From assembly GCA_965226795.1 (NCBI GenBank), contig CBDDDZ010000003.1:64001-128000 (forward strand): DNA of 64,000 nucleotides. Direction: 5' to 3'. The notes beneath the pieces are model-generated. The model saw nothing but the letters and a program-made list of their open reading frames with translations. It did not search any database and was not told where the DNA came from. Within the stretch, counting starts at the first letter, position 1; each line of letters opens with the position of its first letter. Source of the stretch: Candidatus Latescibacterota bacterium (GTDB taxonomy: Bacteria > Latescibacterota > UBA2968 > GCA-2709665). Both the position numbers and the translations under genes were made by a program. Shown piece by piece: positions 28,650 to 38,896 of this stretch.

Positions 28650-29264
28650 ATGGCACTTGTACCCATGGTATTGGAGCAGACGGCGCGCGGTGAACGGTCC
28701 TACGATATTTTCTCGCGTCTTCTCGCCGACAATATTATTTTTATCGGGTTTCCGATTAACGACACCATTGCAAACCTGGTGATTGCGCAGATGCTGTTCT
28801 GCAGTTCGGAATCACCCGACAAAACCATTCGGCTGTACATCAATTCACCGGGCGGCAGCATAACGGCGGGGCTGGCCATTTACGATACCATGCAATATGT
28901 TTCCTGCGATGTCGAAACGGTGTGCGTCGGCCAGGCATTCAGCATCGCCGCCGTGCTCCTTGCCGGAGGCACCAGGGGACAGCGGCGCGCCCTGCCGAAT
29001 TCCCGTATTCTGGTCCATCAGCCCATAGGAGGCGCGGGCGGTCAGGCTTCGGACGTGGAACGCCACGCCAAAGAGATTCTCCAATGGCGTGACAAGCTCA
29101 ACGAGATTCTGGCGGAGCAGACCAGGCAACCGCTTGAACGGGTTGCCAAAGATGCCGATCGGGATTTCTTTATGTCTGCCGGCGAAGCCCTTAAGTACGG
29201 TCTGATCGACGAGGTGCTGGTGTCCAGCAAAGAAGATAGTCTCGTGATTGAGGACGATGCATAA
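28650..29264 (+). CDS. clpP: Clp protease proteolytic subunit
   Basis: [19 protein letters not shown]; catalytic S (QAFSI), H (LVHQP) and D (DRD). Confidence 0.97.
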   Translation: MALVPMVLEQTARGERSYDIFSRLLADNIIFIGFPINDTIANLVIAQMLFCSSESPDKTIRLYINSPGGSITAGLAIYDTMQYVSCDVETVCVGQAFSIAAVLLAGGTRGQRRALPNSRILVHQPIGGAGGQASDVERHAKEILQWRDKLNEILAEQTRQPLERVAKDADRDFFMSAGEALKYGLIDEVLVSSKEDSLVIEDDA

Positions 29265-29327
29265 AAACCACGCCGGGACGGCGACGAAGTCGTCGGATAT
29301 CAGCCGTCGCGGCATCCTGGGTGACTT

Positions 29328-30569
29328 ATGAAACGGCGATCTTCAAAGGCCGAGGTACAGTGCTCTTTCTGCAGCAAGGGCAATGACCAGGTCGATAAGA
29401 TCATTACGGGAACCTCGGTGCACATTTGCAGCGATTGCGTCAAGCTGTGCAGCGAAGTGCTGCAGGAGGATGCCAGGCAAAAGCCGGTTCCATCCCGGCA
29501 GAAGCTGCCCAAACCCAGGACGATCAAGACCCGGCTCGACGACTATGTGATCGGGCAGGAGGTGGCCAAGCGTACACTTTCCGTTGCCGTATACAATCAC
29601 TATAAACGGATACGTACCCAGGTCGTTGCGGACGACGTCGAAATCGAAAAGAGCAATATACTGCTCGTCGGGCCCACCGGCACCGGGAAGACCCTGCTGG
29701 CCCAGACGCTCGCACGGATCCTGGATGTTCCGTTTTCCATCGCGGACGCGACGATTCTCACGGAAGCGGGTTATGTGGGCGAAGACGTGGAGAACATCCT
29801 GGTCCGTCTCCTGCAGGCGGCCGATTACGACGTGGCGCAGGCGGAGATGGGCATTCTCTACCTGGACGAGGTGGATAAGGTTTCGAGGAAGTCGGCCAAT
29901 CCCTCAATTACCCGCGACGTATCCGGAGAAGGTGTGCAGCAGGCCCTGCTGAAGATTCTGGAGGGCACCGTCGCCAGCATACCCCCGAAGGGCGGCCGCA
30001 AACACCCCGAGCAGCCCCTGATCCAGGTGAATACGCGGAATATTCTGTTTATTTGCGGCGGGGCATTCAACGGCCTGGAAGAAATCATCAGCAACCGGAT
30101 CGGAAAAAAGACCATCGGGTTTGGCGCGAAGAACAGCCCCGAGGAAAAACGGAACGTGGGCGCGTTGTTCGCCGAGGTGGAACCTGAGGATCTCATCAAA
30201 TACGGCCTGATTCCCGAACTGGTCGGCCGGCTGCCCATAACGTGTTCCCTCAACGATCTCGATGAGCAGGCCTTGTACAAGATTCTGACAGAGCCGAAGA
30301 ATGCGATAACCAAACAGTATCAGAAGCTCTTCGAAATGGATGGCGCCGAACTGGAATTCGAAGACGCGGCCCTGACCGAGGTAGTACGCCGAACCATCCG
30401 GAAAGGCACGGGCGCCAGGGGACTGCGATCCGTTCTGGAGGACATCATGATCGATCTGATGTACGACATCCCCTCCAATCCGGAACGGGAGCGGGTTGTG
30501 GTCACGAAAGAGATGGTTGCAGGCCGATCCAAGCCCCAACTTCACATCGAAGAGAAAAAGAGCGCATAG
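29328..30569 (+). CDS. clpX: Clp protease ATP-binding subunit
   Basis: CSFC/CSDC zinc finger, [20 protein letters not shown] and IGF loops. Confidence 0.98.
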   Translation: MKRRSSKAEVQCSFCSKGNDQVDKIITGTSVHICSDCVKLCSEVLQEDARQKPVPSRQKLPKPRTIKTRLDDYVIGQEVAKRTLSVAVYNHYKRIRTQVVADDVEIEKSNILLVGPTGTGKTLLAQTLARILDVPFSIADATILTEAGYVGEDVENILVRLLQAADYDVAQAEMGILYLDEVDKVSRKSANPSITRDVSGEGVQQALLKILEGTVASIPPKGGRKHPEQPLIQVNTRNILFICGGAFNGLEEIISNRIGKKTIGFGAKNSPEEKRNVGALFAEVEPEDLIKYGLIPELVGRLPITCSLNDLDEQALYKILTEPKNAITKQYQKLFEMDGAELEFEDAALTEVVRRTIRKGTGARGLRSVLEDIMIDLMYDIPSNPERERVVVTKEMVAGRSKPQLHIEEKKSA

Positions 30570-30752
30570 TGTTCTGTCCCGGAAATAGATTGCCGTAATT
30601 CGGCCGCCGAGTCGCCCGGCTGGCAAGGCGCCTGAGCGAGTCGACCTGGGCAAGGTCGGCGAGCGAAGGCACTTCGACAAGCTCAGCGCAAGCAACGTAG
30701 CGAGGCGGGATGAATCGGCGGATGAATGGTGACATATTTCTGGGACGGGACA
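30570..30752. mobile_element. MITE-like element with 18-bp imperfect terminal inverted repeats, long copy
   Basis: tgttctgtcccggaaata ... tatttctgggacgggaca; both ends are shared with 36294-36358. Confidence 0.7.
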
Positions 30753-30849
30753 AAAACCGCGGTCTCACCTTGTGTGCGCCTTCGGAACCGGGGTCCATTG
30801 CCCCGGTTTTCTATGTGTCTGCGGATAAATACGACCCCGGTTACCCGTT

Positions 30850-31437
30850 ATGCTGATCCGTTCCGCCGATTATGTCACCAGTGTCGCCCATCCGGACCGT
30901 CTTCCAATGGAAGGACTGCCGGAAATTGCGTTTGCCGGCCGCTCGAACGTGGGGAAATCCTCCCTGCTGAACCGGCTGTTGAACCGCAGAAAACTGGCCA
31001 ACACCAGCAAAACGCCCGGGAAGACGCGTACCCTGAACTACTACCTGGTCAACGAGACCTTGCATTTCGTGGATCTGCCCGGGTATGGTTACGCCAAACG
31101 AGGGCAGCAGGAACGCCGTCAGTGGGCCGATCTGATTAACCGGTATCTGGAGACACGGACGTCATTGCGAGGCATCCTGCATCTTATGGATGCCCGCCAC
31201 GATCCGACGGCGCACGACGTGGAGTTGGCCGTCTGGCTCTTGCAGTTCGGTCGGCCGTTCCTGGTGGTTGCCACAAAGGCCGATAAGCTCCCGGGAAGTC
31301 GGCAAAAGTCCCGGCTGGACCGGACGCGGAACCTGCTTTCCCAACTGGGCGAGTTCGATTTCGTGTCTTTTTCGGCGGTGTCGGGCCAGGGTCGACAGGC
31401 CGTCTGGAGGTGGATTCGGGATGTCATCGAACAGTAG
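30850..31437 (+). CDS. engB: Ribosome biogenesis GTPase YihA/YsxC
   Basis: GRSNVGKSS, SKTPGKT, DLPGYGYA and TKADK. Confidence 0.96.
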   Translation: MLIRSADYVTSVAHPDRLPMEGLPEIAFAGRSNVGKSSLLNRLLNRRKLANTSKTPGKTRTLNYYLVNETLHFVDLPGYGYAKRGQQERRQWADLINRYLETRTSLRGILHLMDARHDPTAHDVELAVWLLQFGRPFLVVATKADKLPGSRQKSRLDRTRNLLSQLGEFDFVSFSAVSGQGRQAVWRWIRDVIEQ

Positions 31438-31481
31438 ACCCGCGCGTGTCGGACAAATCGCTTTACCTCACGGGCATTGAA

Positions 31482-32627
31482 ATGAGGCCGCAACGGCTCT
31501 TTACACCGGGTCCGACGCCCATTCCGGAGAGGGTGCAGGCCGCAATGGCCGGACCCCCGGTCTACCACCGGGGACCGGACTTTCCCGCGCTATTGAGGGA
31601 TGCAGTCGAAGGGCTTAAGGAGGTCTTTCCCACGTCTTTTGACGTGTTCGTATTTGCCTGCTCGGGCACCGGCGTGATGGAGGCCGCGGTAGCCAATACT
31701 CTCTGTGCCGAAGACCGGGCCCTGGTGGTTCATGCGGGGCAGTTCGGCGCGCGGTGGACGGACCTCTGCCGGGCTTACGGGGTAGAGGTGGTCGAGAGGA
31801 GATTTCCCTGGGGCGAGGCGGTGGACCCGCAGGTGGTGGCCGACGTTCTCCGGGACGATCCGGGGATAAGGGTCGTGTTCGCCACACACAGCGAGACGTC
31901 CACCGGCGTCTTGCACGACATAGCCTCGATTGGCGCGATCCTGAGGGAAACGGACGCGCTGCTCGTCGTCGACGGAGTCTCCAGCGTGGCGGCCCACCCG
32001 CTGCCGCTCGAGGCCTGGAACGTGGATCTGGCGGTAACGGCTTCCCAGAAAGGGCTGATGCTGCCTCCCGGGATGGGGTTCGTGGCGGTGGGGCCGCGGG
32101 CCTGGAAAGCACGCGCGCGCTCCCGGCTTCCGAAGTACTACTGGGATCTGGAACGATACAGGACGTCGCTTGCCCAGGGTCGTGCGCCGGCCACGCTGCC
32201 GGTTACGCTCCTCGAGGGGCTTCGGGCGGCTCTACAGATGCTCCGGGAGGAGGGCATCCCGCAGGTCTGGGCGCGGCATGCCCGGCATGCGCTGGCGGTG
32301 CGGAGATCCGCGGCGGCGCTTGGACTGACCTGTTTCGCGCGGCGGCCTTCGAACGCGCTGACCGCGATCGTCCTGCCCGAAAATGTGGATGGCCTCGCAT
32401 TAATGGAATGTATGCGGCGAGAATTCGGCGTCGTGGTCGGCGGCGGGCTGGGAGATTACAGGGGCCGTATGGTGCGGGTATCCAACCTGGGACACGTGGA
32501 CGATGCAGGTATTCTGGAGGCTGTGTCGGCGCTTGAATGCGGTCTGCAGGAGACCGGATGGGTTTTTGACGCGGGTGCGGGTGTAAAGGCCGCGCAACGC
32601 GAGCTAAACGCGAACAGGGAATCATGA
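31482..32627 (+). CDS. Class V PLP aminotransferase (alanine-glyoxylate/serine-pyruvate family; may act as phosphoserine aminotransferase)
   Basis: FTPGPT, HSETSTGV, VDGVSS and SQKGLMLPPG; overlaps the serA start (ATGA). Confidence 0.9.
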   Translation: MRPQRLFTPGPTPIPERVQAAMAGPPVYHRGPDFPALLRDAVEGLKEVFPTSFDVFVFACSGTGVMEAAVANTLCAEDRALVVHAGQFGARWTDLCRAYGVEVVERRFPWGEAVDPQVVADVLRDDPGIRVVFATHSETSTGVLHDIASIGAILRETDALLVVDGVSSVAAHPLPLEAWNVDLAVTASQKGLMLPPGMGFVAVGPRAWKARARSRLPKYYWDLERYRTSLAQGRAPATLPVTLLEGLRAALQMLREEGIPQVWARHARHALAVRRSAAALGLTCFARRPSNALTAIVLPENVDGLALMECMRREFGVVVGGGLGDYRGRMVRVSNLGHVDDAGILEAVSALECGLQETGWVFDAGAGVKAAQRELNANRES

Positions 32628-34210
32628 AGCGGGTTCTGATCGCAGATACGTTGTCTCATGGCTGGCAGAACGTGTTCGCGGATGCCCCGGATGTCCTGGT
32701 GGACGTCCGGACAGGGCGTTCGCCGGAAGCGCTGGCGCGTGCAATCGGCCCGTATGACGGGCTGATCATTCGAAGCGAAACCCAGGTGAACCGGGAGTTG
32801 CTGGATGCGGCGCGGCGGCTGCGCGTGGTGGGCCGCGCGGGAGTCGGAGTAGACAATATCGACATCGGCGCCGCGACGGAGCGGGGCGTGGTGGTGGTGC
32901 ATTCGCCCGGAGGAAATACGATTGCCACGGCCGAGCATACGGTGGGGATGTTGCTGGCGCTGAGCCGCAACATTCCACAGGCGACCGCTTCGTTGAAGCG
33001 TGGGGCGTGGGAACGGAAGTCCTATACCGGTGTGGAGTTGAACGGGAAGGTGCTGGGCATTATCGGCGTGGGGCGGGTGGGACAGCATGTCGCCAGCCTG
33101 GCCAGGGCCCTGGGGATGACGACCCTGGGTTACGATCCCTTTCTCTCCGACCAGATGGCGTCCAGATTCCAGGTGAGGCTGACGTCTCTGGAAGAGATAT
33201 TCGCGGCGTCGGACTATATTACGCTCCATACGCCATTGATGGAGGCCACCCGGCATCTGATTTCGGCGGCGTCACTGGAGAAATGCAAACCCGGCGTGCG
33301 CATTCTCAACTGCGCGCGGGGCGGGCTGGTCGACGAGGCGGCGCTCCTGAACGCGATTGAAACGGGCAAGGTGATCGGAGCGGCGCTGGACGTATACGAG
33401 CAGGAACCCCCGCCTAAGGATCATCCGCTCCTGCGGCGGCGCGAGGTGATCTGCACGCCGCATCTGGCCGCTTCAACCCTGGAGGCGCAGGAGCGCGTGG
33501 CGCGCCAGATCGCGCAGGATGTCGTGGAGGTCCTGATGGACAGGCCAGCCCAGCGTGCGGTGAATATGCCTTCGGTGGATCCGTCGCTTTACGAGGACAT
33601 CCGTCCGTATTTGCTGCTGGCCGAGAAGGTGGGTGCGTTGCAGGCTCAGTTAAGCCGGGGCAATCTGCGCCGAATTGCGATCGAGTATCACGGGGATATG
33701 TTGGAATTCGCAACGTCACCGATGACGGCAGCGGTCTTGAAGGGGGCCATTACGAATCTGACGGATGAACTCGTGACGTACGTAAACGCCCCTCTCTTCG
33801 CGCAAAAGCGCGGGGTGAAGATAGACGAGACACGGAGCAGCGCCCACAAGGACTATACCAATCTGATGACGGTGGATTACGAAACCTCGGCGGGTAAAAC
33901 ATCGATATCGGCCACCGTATTCGGCAGCAGCGACGCCCGGGTCGTGCGTATCGACCCGTTCGAGGTGAAGGCCAAACTGGAAGGCGACATGCTGTTCTGC
34001 TGCAACCGGGACGTACCCGGCGTGGTGGGCTGGATCGGGTCGCTGCTGGCCGAAGAGAAACTCAATATCGCCGATATGGCGCTGGGGCGAGACAACCGGG
34101 GCGGGCAGGCCATCATGGTAATCAGCCTGGATTCACCGGCAACGGATGCCGTGCTGAATCGTATCGCGGATTCGCCTCAGTTTCTGTGGGCAAGGAAGGC
34201 GAAGTTTTAA
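32624..34210 (+). CDS. serA: D-3-phosphoglycerate dehydrogenase
   Basis: GRAGVGVDNID, NCARGG, TPHLAAST; ASB and ACT C-terminal domains. Confidence 0.96.
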   Translation: MKRVLIADTLSHGWQNVFADAPDVLVDVRTGRSPEALARAIGPYDGLIIRSETQVNRELLDAARRLRVVGRAGVGVDNIDIGAATERGVVVVHSPGGNTIATAEHTVGMLLALSRNIPQATASLKRGAWERKSYTGVELNGKVLGIIGVGRVGQHVASLARALGMTTLGYDPFLSDQMASRFQVRLTSLEEIFAASDYITLHTPLMEATRHLISAASLEKCKPGVRILNCARGGLVDEAALLNAIETGKVIGAALDVYEQEPPPKDHPLLRRREVICTPHLAASTLEAQERVARQIAQDVVEVLMDRPAQRAVNMPSVDPSLYEDIRPYLLLAEKVGALQAQLSRGNLRRIAIEYHGDMLEFATSPMTAAVLKGAITNLTDELVTYVNAPLFAQKRGVKIDETRSSAHKDYTNLMTVDYETSAGKTSISATVFGSSDARVVRIDPFEVKAKLEGDMLFCCNRDVPGVVGWIGSLLAEEKLNIADMALGRDNRGGQAIMVISLDSPATDAVLNRIADSPQFLWARKAKF

Positions 34211-34314
34211 ATGTCGGTGAGAAGGTAGACATAAGACGTCAGAGGACCACACCCGACCCCAACGGCCCTTCGCGCTTTGCCTCGTCTCACGTCTCCCGTC
34301 TTCCCTCTAACGGC

Positions 34315-34613
34315 TTTTTTGGAACTGCGTTCCGGGCAGACACATGCTCCTGCTTTTCCTTCAACCTTCATTTTTCCTTTGTCCTTTTTCTTGCTTCGCC
34401 CAAGAAAAAGGACGAAAAAGAAGGGCGCCTGCCTGCCGAGCACGGCTCGGCGCAGGCAGGCCGCTCAGACGCCGCGGGGCTGCTTTTCCGCGAACTACCC
34501 TTACGATGGAAATCCGGGGTTGTGCCCTGCAACGTTCTTAGAACTCCCCGAGTGACGGTGGTGAACGGAATAGCGCGGAAAAGCCCCCTCTTCACCGCCG
34601 GGCGGGCGTGAGG
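34315..34613 (-). repeat. Dispersed structured intergenic element, copy 2
   Basis: Homologous to 3866-4101; 34414-34466 is identical to 3905-3957. Also contains the ggaactgcgttcc hairpin shared with copies 3 and 4. Confidence 0.85.
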
Positions 34614-34664
34614 TAGACCGCGAAGGACCGTTGCACCGATTTGCGGTGTTGCCGCGCGGAAGGT

Positions 34665-34688
34665 GGGCGGTTCTCGAACCGCCCCTAC
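34665..34688 (-). repeat. GTAG-type REP-like element
   Basis: Minus strand reads GTAG-GGGCGGTTCGAGAACCGCCC (GTAG tetranucleotide plus palindrome). Confidence 0.65.
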
Positions 34689-34848
34689 AAAAACCGGACA
34701 TCCGCGAATGGACATCGCGGGTCCGTATCGTAAGACGGGTTTAGCTGACCGCTGTACGCTGACATCTGACCTTGAGACCAGAACAATGAATGAAAAAGCG
34801 ACTGTTTCTGTTAATATCACACTCTGCATTGCATTGAGGAGATAGATC

Positions 34849-36129
34849 ATGTCCGTGCGCATTGTGCTGGGCGCACAGTGGGGAGATGAAGGCAAGGCCA
34901 AGGTGGTGGATTACATGACGGCGGACTCGGACGTCGTGGTGCGGTTCCAGGGGGGCGCCAATGCGGGACATACCATCAAGGCGGGCGATCTGGAGTTCGT
35001 GTTTCATCTCCTCCCTGCCGGGATTGTGCATCCCGACAAGACCTGTGTGATCGGCAACGGGGTGGTGATGGATCCCGAGGCGCTGTTCCAGGAGGTGGAG
35101 GAACTGGAGTCGAAGGGCGTTTCCATCGCGAACCGGCTGTTCGTGAGTCCGAATACCCACCTGGTCATGCCGTATCACAAACGCGTCGAACAGGCCAGCG
35201 AGGCAAAGGTCGGGGCGGACGCGATCGGGACCACGCTCCGGGGCATTGGTCCGTGTTACCAGGACAAGGTCAATCGGTCTTCCGGCATTCGCGTGGGAGA
35301 CCTGCTCGATGCGGATGCACTGCCTGGCAAGGTGCGGGAAAACGTGCGCCAGAAAAACGAGACACTCAGAAACGTATACGGGCAGGACGGTCTGGATGCG
35401 GTGCCCATCATCGAGGCGTATATGGCGTTCGGCGAGCGTCTGGCGCCCTTCGTGACGGATACGTCCGTTTACCTCAACGATATGATCGACGCGGGCAAGG
35501 ACGTCCTGTTCGAAGGATCCCAGGGCACGTTGCTGGATATCGATCACGGGACGTATCCTTTTGTGACGTCTTCGAATACGACGGCGGGCGGCGCATGCAC
35601 GGGCGCCGGTATCGGGCCCACACGCATTACCGAGGTCATCGGGGTGGTGAAGGCTTATACGACGCGAGTGGGCAATGGACCGTTTCCCACGGAACTGACC
35701 GGCGCTATCGGAGATCGGATTCGGGAGATCGGACACGAGTACGGGGCAACCACGGGCCGGCCGAGGCGGTGCGGCTGGCTGGATGCCGTCATTCTGAGGT
35801 TTGCCGCGAGGGTGAACGGGCTGTCCGGAATCGCGGTGACCAGGCTGGACATACTGGATCCTCTGGAAGAGATCCGGATCTGCACCCACTATATATGCCG
35901 GGGAACGCGGTTGGAACACTTCCCGAGCGACGTGAAGGTACTGGCGGAATGCCGGCCTGTGTACGAAACGATGCCGGGGTGGAGGGCGCCCACCAGCAAC
36001 GTGCGGCGATGGGAGGACCTTCCGGAAAATGCGAGGCGGTACCTGGACAGAATTCAGGAGTTGAGCCGCACCCCCATTGCCATGGTGTCCGTGGGACCGG
36101 ATCGCAAGGAGACGATTGCCGTGGACTGA
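34849..36129 (+). CDS. purA: Adenylosuccinate synthetase
   Basis: GAQWGDEGKAK, GGANAGHT, GTYPFVTSS and EYGATTGRPRRCGW. Confidence 0.98.
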   Translation: MSVRIVLGAQWGDEGKAKVVDYMTADSDVVVRFQGGANAGHTIKAGDLEFVFHLLPAGIVHPDKTCVIGNGVVMDPEALFQEVEELESKGVSIANRLFVSPNTHLVMPYHKRVEQASEAKVGADAIGTTLRGIGPCYQDKVNRSSGIRVGDLLDADALPGKVRENVRQKNETLRNVYGQDGLDAVPIIEAYMAFGERLAPFVTDTSVYLNDMIDAGKDVLFEGSQGTLLDIDHGTYPFVTSSNTTAGGACTGAGIGPTRITEVIGVVKAYTTRVGNGPFPTELTGAIGDRIREIGHEYGATTGRPRRCGWLDAVILRFAARVNGLSGIAVTRLDILDPLEEIRICTHYICRGTRLEHFPSDVKVLAECRPVYETMPGWRAPTSNVRRWEDLPENARRYLDRIQELSRTPIAMVSVGPDRKETIAVD

Positions 36130-36257
36130 TCGCGTATCGGGATTGCGCGTCCATGCCGTTCGTGATGCGCGTGTGCCGCGCATGACAGTCGGTTCGGAGA
36201 GGTCTTGCCATGCAGGATGGTCCGGATGTCTCCAATTTCAGACTCCGGTGATATGGG

Positions 36258-36285
36258 TTGACCCCCGGGGGAAGTTTGTTATATT
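36258..36285 (+). promoter_or_regulatory. Putative sigma70 promoter with extended -10
   Basis: TTGACC-N16-TATATT with TGn immediately upstream of the -10 box. Confidence 0.55.
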
Positions 36286-36293
36286 TCGAACAA

Positions 36294-36358
36294 TGTTCTG
36301 TCCCTGAAATAGATTGCCTGAATTCGGAAGAATGGTGACATATTTTCGGGACAGGGCA
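36294..36358. mobile_element. MITE-like element, short 65-bp copy
   Basis: tgttctgtccctgaaatagattgcc...gaatggtgacatattttcgggacagggca; essentially the two ends of the 30570-30752 element joined. Confidence 0.7.
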
Positions 36359-36410
36359 TCAGAATCAGTGGAACGACCGAATGCAGCCGACGGCAGAGAG
36401 GGGTTAAAGG

Positions 36411-36992
36411 ATGGGCGCCGCGTTCCTGGACAAGGAAGCGCTGATAGCCAGGGCGAAAACAACCGGGGATCTGTCGGGAGAAGATCTGACGGGGGTCGAT
36501 TTTGAAGGAGAGGATCTCTCCGGCGTCGATTTTTCTGGCGCGATACTGGACAACGCCAGGTTCAGAGACGCAACACTCCTGGAGACGAGGTTTCACAACG
36601 CGAGCATGAAGGGAGCCGACCTCAGTGGTGCAAAAATGAGAGGGGCGTATCTGGTCGCCGCCGATCTCCTGGGCGCGAACCTTTCGGGCGCGGTGATGGA
36701 CGACGCGTTTCTTTCGGGCGCGGTACTCGGAGGCGCGAATTTCACGCGCGCGAGTCTGAAGCGCGCTCGCCTGGGTGTGGTGCATGCGTCCTTCCCGAAT
36801 CCCTCGGGGCGGCCAACGAGTTTCAGGAACGCCGATCTGGAAGCGGCGGTGGTGGGCGCGACGGATTTCCGGGGAACGGATTTGCGGGGCGCCAATCTGG
36901 ATGGCGCATTCCTGTACGAGGCGCGCCTGCGCGGGGCGATTGTGGACAAGAGACAGTTTGAGACAGCCGTTACACGGGCGGAATCGTATTAG
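36411..36992 (+). CDS. Pentapeptide repeat protein
   Basis: Tandem A(D/N)LxG-type pentapeptides (GADLSGAKMRGAYLVAADLLGANLSG). Confidence 0.93.
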   Translation: MGAAFLDKEALIARAKTTGDLSGEDLTGVDFEGEDLSGVDFSGAILDNARFRDATLLETRFHNASMKGADLSGAKMRGAYLVAADLLGANLSGAVMDDAFLSGAVLGGANFTRASLKRARLGVVHASFPNPSGRPTSFRNADLEAAVVGATDFRGTDLRGANLDGAFLYEARLRGAIVDKRQFETAVTRAESY

Positions 36993-37013
36993 AAAACGGA
37001 AGTGATTTTTGTT

Positions 37014-38036
37014 ATGGCGGACGTTGCGACTGACAGACTGGGCAGACCGCTCAGAGACCTTCGGATTTCGGTAACGGACCGGTGCAATTTCAGGTGTCCG
37101 TATTGTATGCCGGCCGAGGTCTTTGGAGAAAATTACACGTTCCTGCCCAGAGCGGAAATTTTAACGTTCGAGGAAATCGAACGGCTGGTGTGGCTTTTTG
37201 TGGGTCTCGGGGTGCGAAAGATCCGGATCACCGGCGGAGAGCCCCTGCTCCGGCGGGAAATCGAAGCGCTAATCAGGCGCCTGGCGGCGGTCGACGGCAT
37301 CGAAGATCTCACGCTTACGACCAACGGCTACCTGCTGCCGAAAAAGGCCGGAGAACTCAAGGCAGCGGGGTTGCACAGAATTACGGTCAGTCTGGATTCC
37401 CTGGACGAGGACGTATTCGAACTGTTGAACGGGAGAGGCTATCACGTATCTCAGGTACTGGAGGGGATCCGGGAGGCTGAAGCGGCGGGGTTTTCTCCGC
37501 TGAAGATCAACGCGGTGATTCAGCGCGGGGTAAATGACCATACCATCGTGGATCTCGCCAGACATTTCTATGGTACAGGGCATATCGTCCGGTTTATCGA
37601 GTATATGGACGTGGGCAACCGGAATGGTTGGCGCCTGGATCAGGTGGTTCCCGCGGCCGAGATCGTGCAGCGCATCCATGAGGAAATGCCGGTAACTGCC
37701 ATTGCGCCGAATTACCCGGGTGAGGTCGCTCGGCGGTTCCGATATCTGGACGGGAGCGGGGAGATCGGCGTAATCGCCTCCGTCACGCAACCGTTCTGCG
37801 GCGACTGTACGCGGGCGAGGCTATCCACCGACGGAAAGGTGTATACCTGTTTGTTTGCAGAGACGGGCATGGATCTCAGAGGACCCTTGCGAGACGGGGC
37901 GAGCAACGACGAACTTCTCGCGACGATCTCGGAAATATGGGAAGGCCGCGAGGACCGATATTCCGAACTGAGGACGGCCTCGACGTCCGAAATGCCGTCA
38001 TTCTCCAAGGTGGAAATGTACCAGATTGGAGGATAA
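37014..38036 (+). CDS. moaA: GTP 3',8-cyclase (molybdenum cofactor biosynthesis)
   Basis: LRISVTDRCNFRCPYCMP, FCGDCTRARLSTDG...C, C-terminal IGG. Confidence 0.97.
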   Translation: MADVATDRLGRPLRDLRISVTDRCNFRCPYCMPAEVFGENYTFLPRAEILTFEEIERLVWLFVGLGVRKIRITGGEPLLRREIEALIRRLAAVDGIEDLTLTTNGYLLPKKAGELKAAGLHRITVSLDSLDEDVFELLNGRGYHVSQVLEGIREAEAAGFSPLKINAVIQRGVNDHTIVDLARHFYGTGHIVRFIEYMDVGNRNGWRLDQVVPAAEIVQRIHEEMPVTAIAPNYPGEVARRFRYLDGSGEIGVIASVTQPFCGDCTRARLSTDGKVYTCLFAETGMDLRGPLRDGASNDELLATISEIWEGREDRYSELRTASTSEMPSFSKVEMYQIGG

Positions 38037-38082
38037 CGGACAGGAGCCGCATACGAAGCTCATGCGCACGGCCTGTCAGTCC

Positions 38083-38105
38083 ACGCCCCGCCGGGGCGTC
38101 TTTTT
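38083..38105 (+). terminator. Intrinsic terminator after moaA
   Basis: acgcccc-gcc-ggggcgt followed by cttttt; a second hairpin plus T-run lies at 38111-38136. Confidence 0.7.
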
Positions 38106-38251
38106 CAGTAACGAGAGGCTGTCGTCTCTCGTTTTTCGTTGACAGTATTTCCATTCGTCCTATTTTTTATATTCATATTTAGTATATTCTTGATCGGAAT
38201 ACTCAACAATTGGGCTCGCCTCAAAAAAAACTGCTGAAAGATATTTTAACC

Positions 38252-38659
38252 ATGAAGGGCAAAATAAGCATTGTCACACTGCTCGTCGCCGACCTGAAAA
38301 AATCCATATCGTTCTATCGGGACGGCCTTGGATTCCCCATGGACAACGCGGATGACGACCCGAGTATCGCCTTCTTCCCGCTGGAGGGTACGTGGCTCGC
38401 GCTGTATCCGGACGAGCGGTTTGCAGGCGAGGGTGTTGGCAACGCCGGGGCGGCCGGGGACGCGCCCCGTTTCACGCTCGCGCACAATGTGAAAACAAAA
38501 AAGGAAGTCGATTCCGCGGTACGGCTGGCGGCTTCCGCGGGCGCGCAGGTACTCAAGGAGCCGCAGGAGGTCTTCTGGGGTGGCTACTCCGGCTACATTG
38601 CGGACCCGGACGGACACCTCTGGGAAATTGCATACAACCCGTTCATGGATCTGACCTGA
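38252..38659 (+). CDS. VOC/glyoxalase family protein
   Basis: ISIVTL...FYRDGLG, FTLAHNV and FWGGYSGYIADPDGHLWEIAYNP. Confidence 0.93.
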   Translation: MKGKISIVTLLVADLKKSISFYRDGLGFPMDNADDDPSIAFFPLEGTWLALYPDERFAGEGVGNAGAAGDAPRFTLAHNVKTKKEVDSAVRLAASAGAQVLKEPQEVFWGGYSGYIADPDGHLWEIAYNPFMDLT

Positions 38660-38815
38660 ACCGGGCTCAATTACATTAATTCCTGTATGTCACGGATATT
38701 CTGGCGGCCGTGCGGATTATTCCACAAGTAAAGCGGGATGGCGGGCGTTCCCGAACGTGCGGAACCCGGAACGCAGGAACGGGCGCTCGGAGTATACCGT
38801 TTCCGGATAATTTCG

Positions 38816-38844
38816 TTGACTTCACCGGGTGAGTTCAATAGATT
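38816..38844 (+). promoter_or_regulatory. Sigma70 promoter with overlapping inverted repeat (putative operator)
   Basis: TTGACT-N17-TAGATT; the dyad ttgacttcacc-g-ggtgagttcaa covers the -35 box and spacer. Confidence 0.6.
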
Positions 38845-38896
38845 AACCGTCTGATCCTTGCGGTCGCCTTTGCAATCGAAAACAGGAGGCGTTGCC

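Noticed and set aside
36286..36410. Moco riboswitch upstream of pentapeptide gene-moaA
   Set aside because: The hairpin is explained by a MITE-like repeat also present after clpX, and I see no Moco-motif features. cmscan would settle it.
38761..38782. cccggaacgcag 12-mer matching the structured element
   Set aside because: Too short, lacks the ttcc hairpin arm, and lies in a local ggaac-type short repeat; may be chance.
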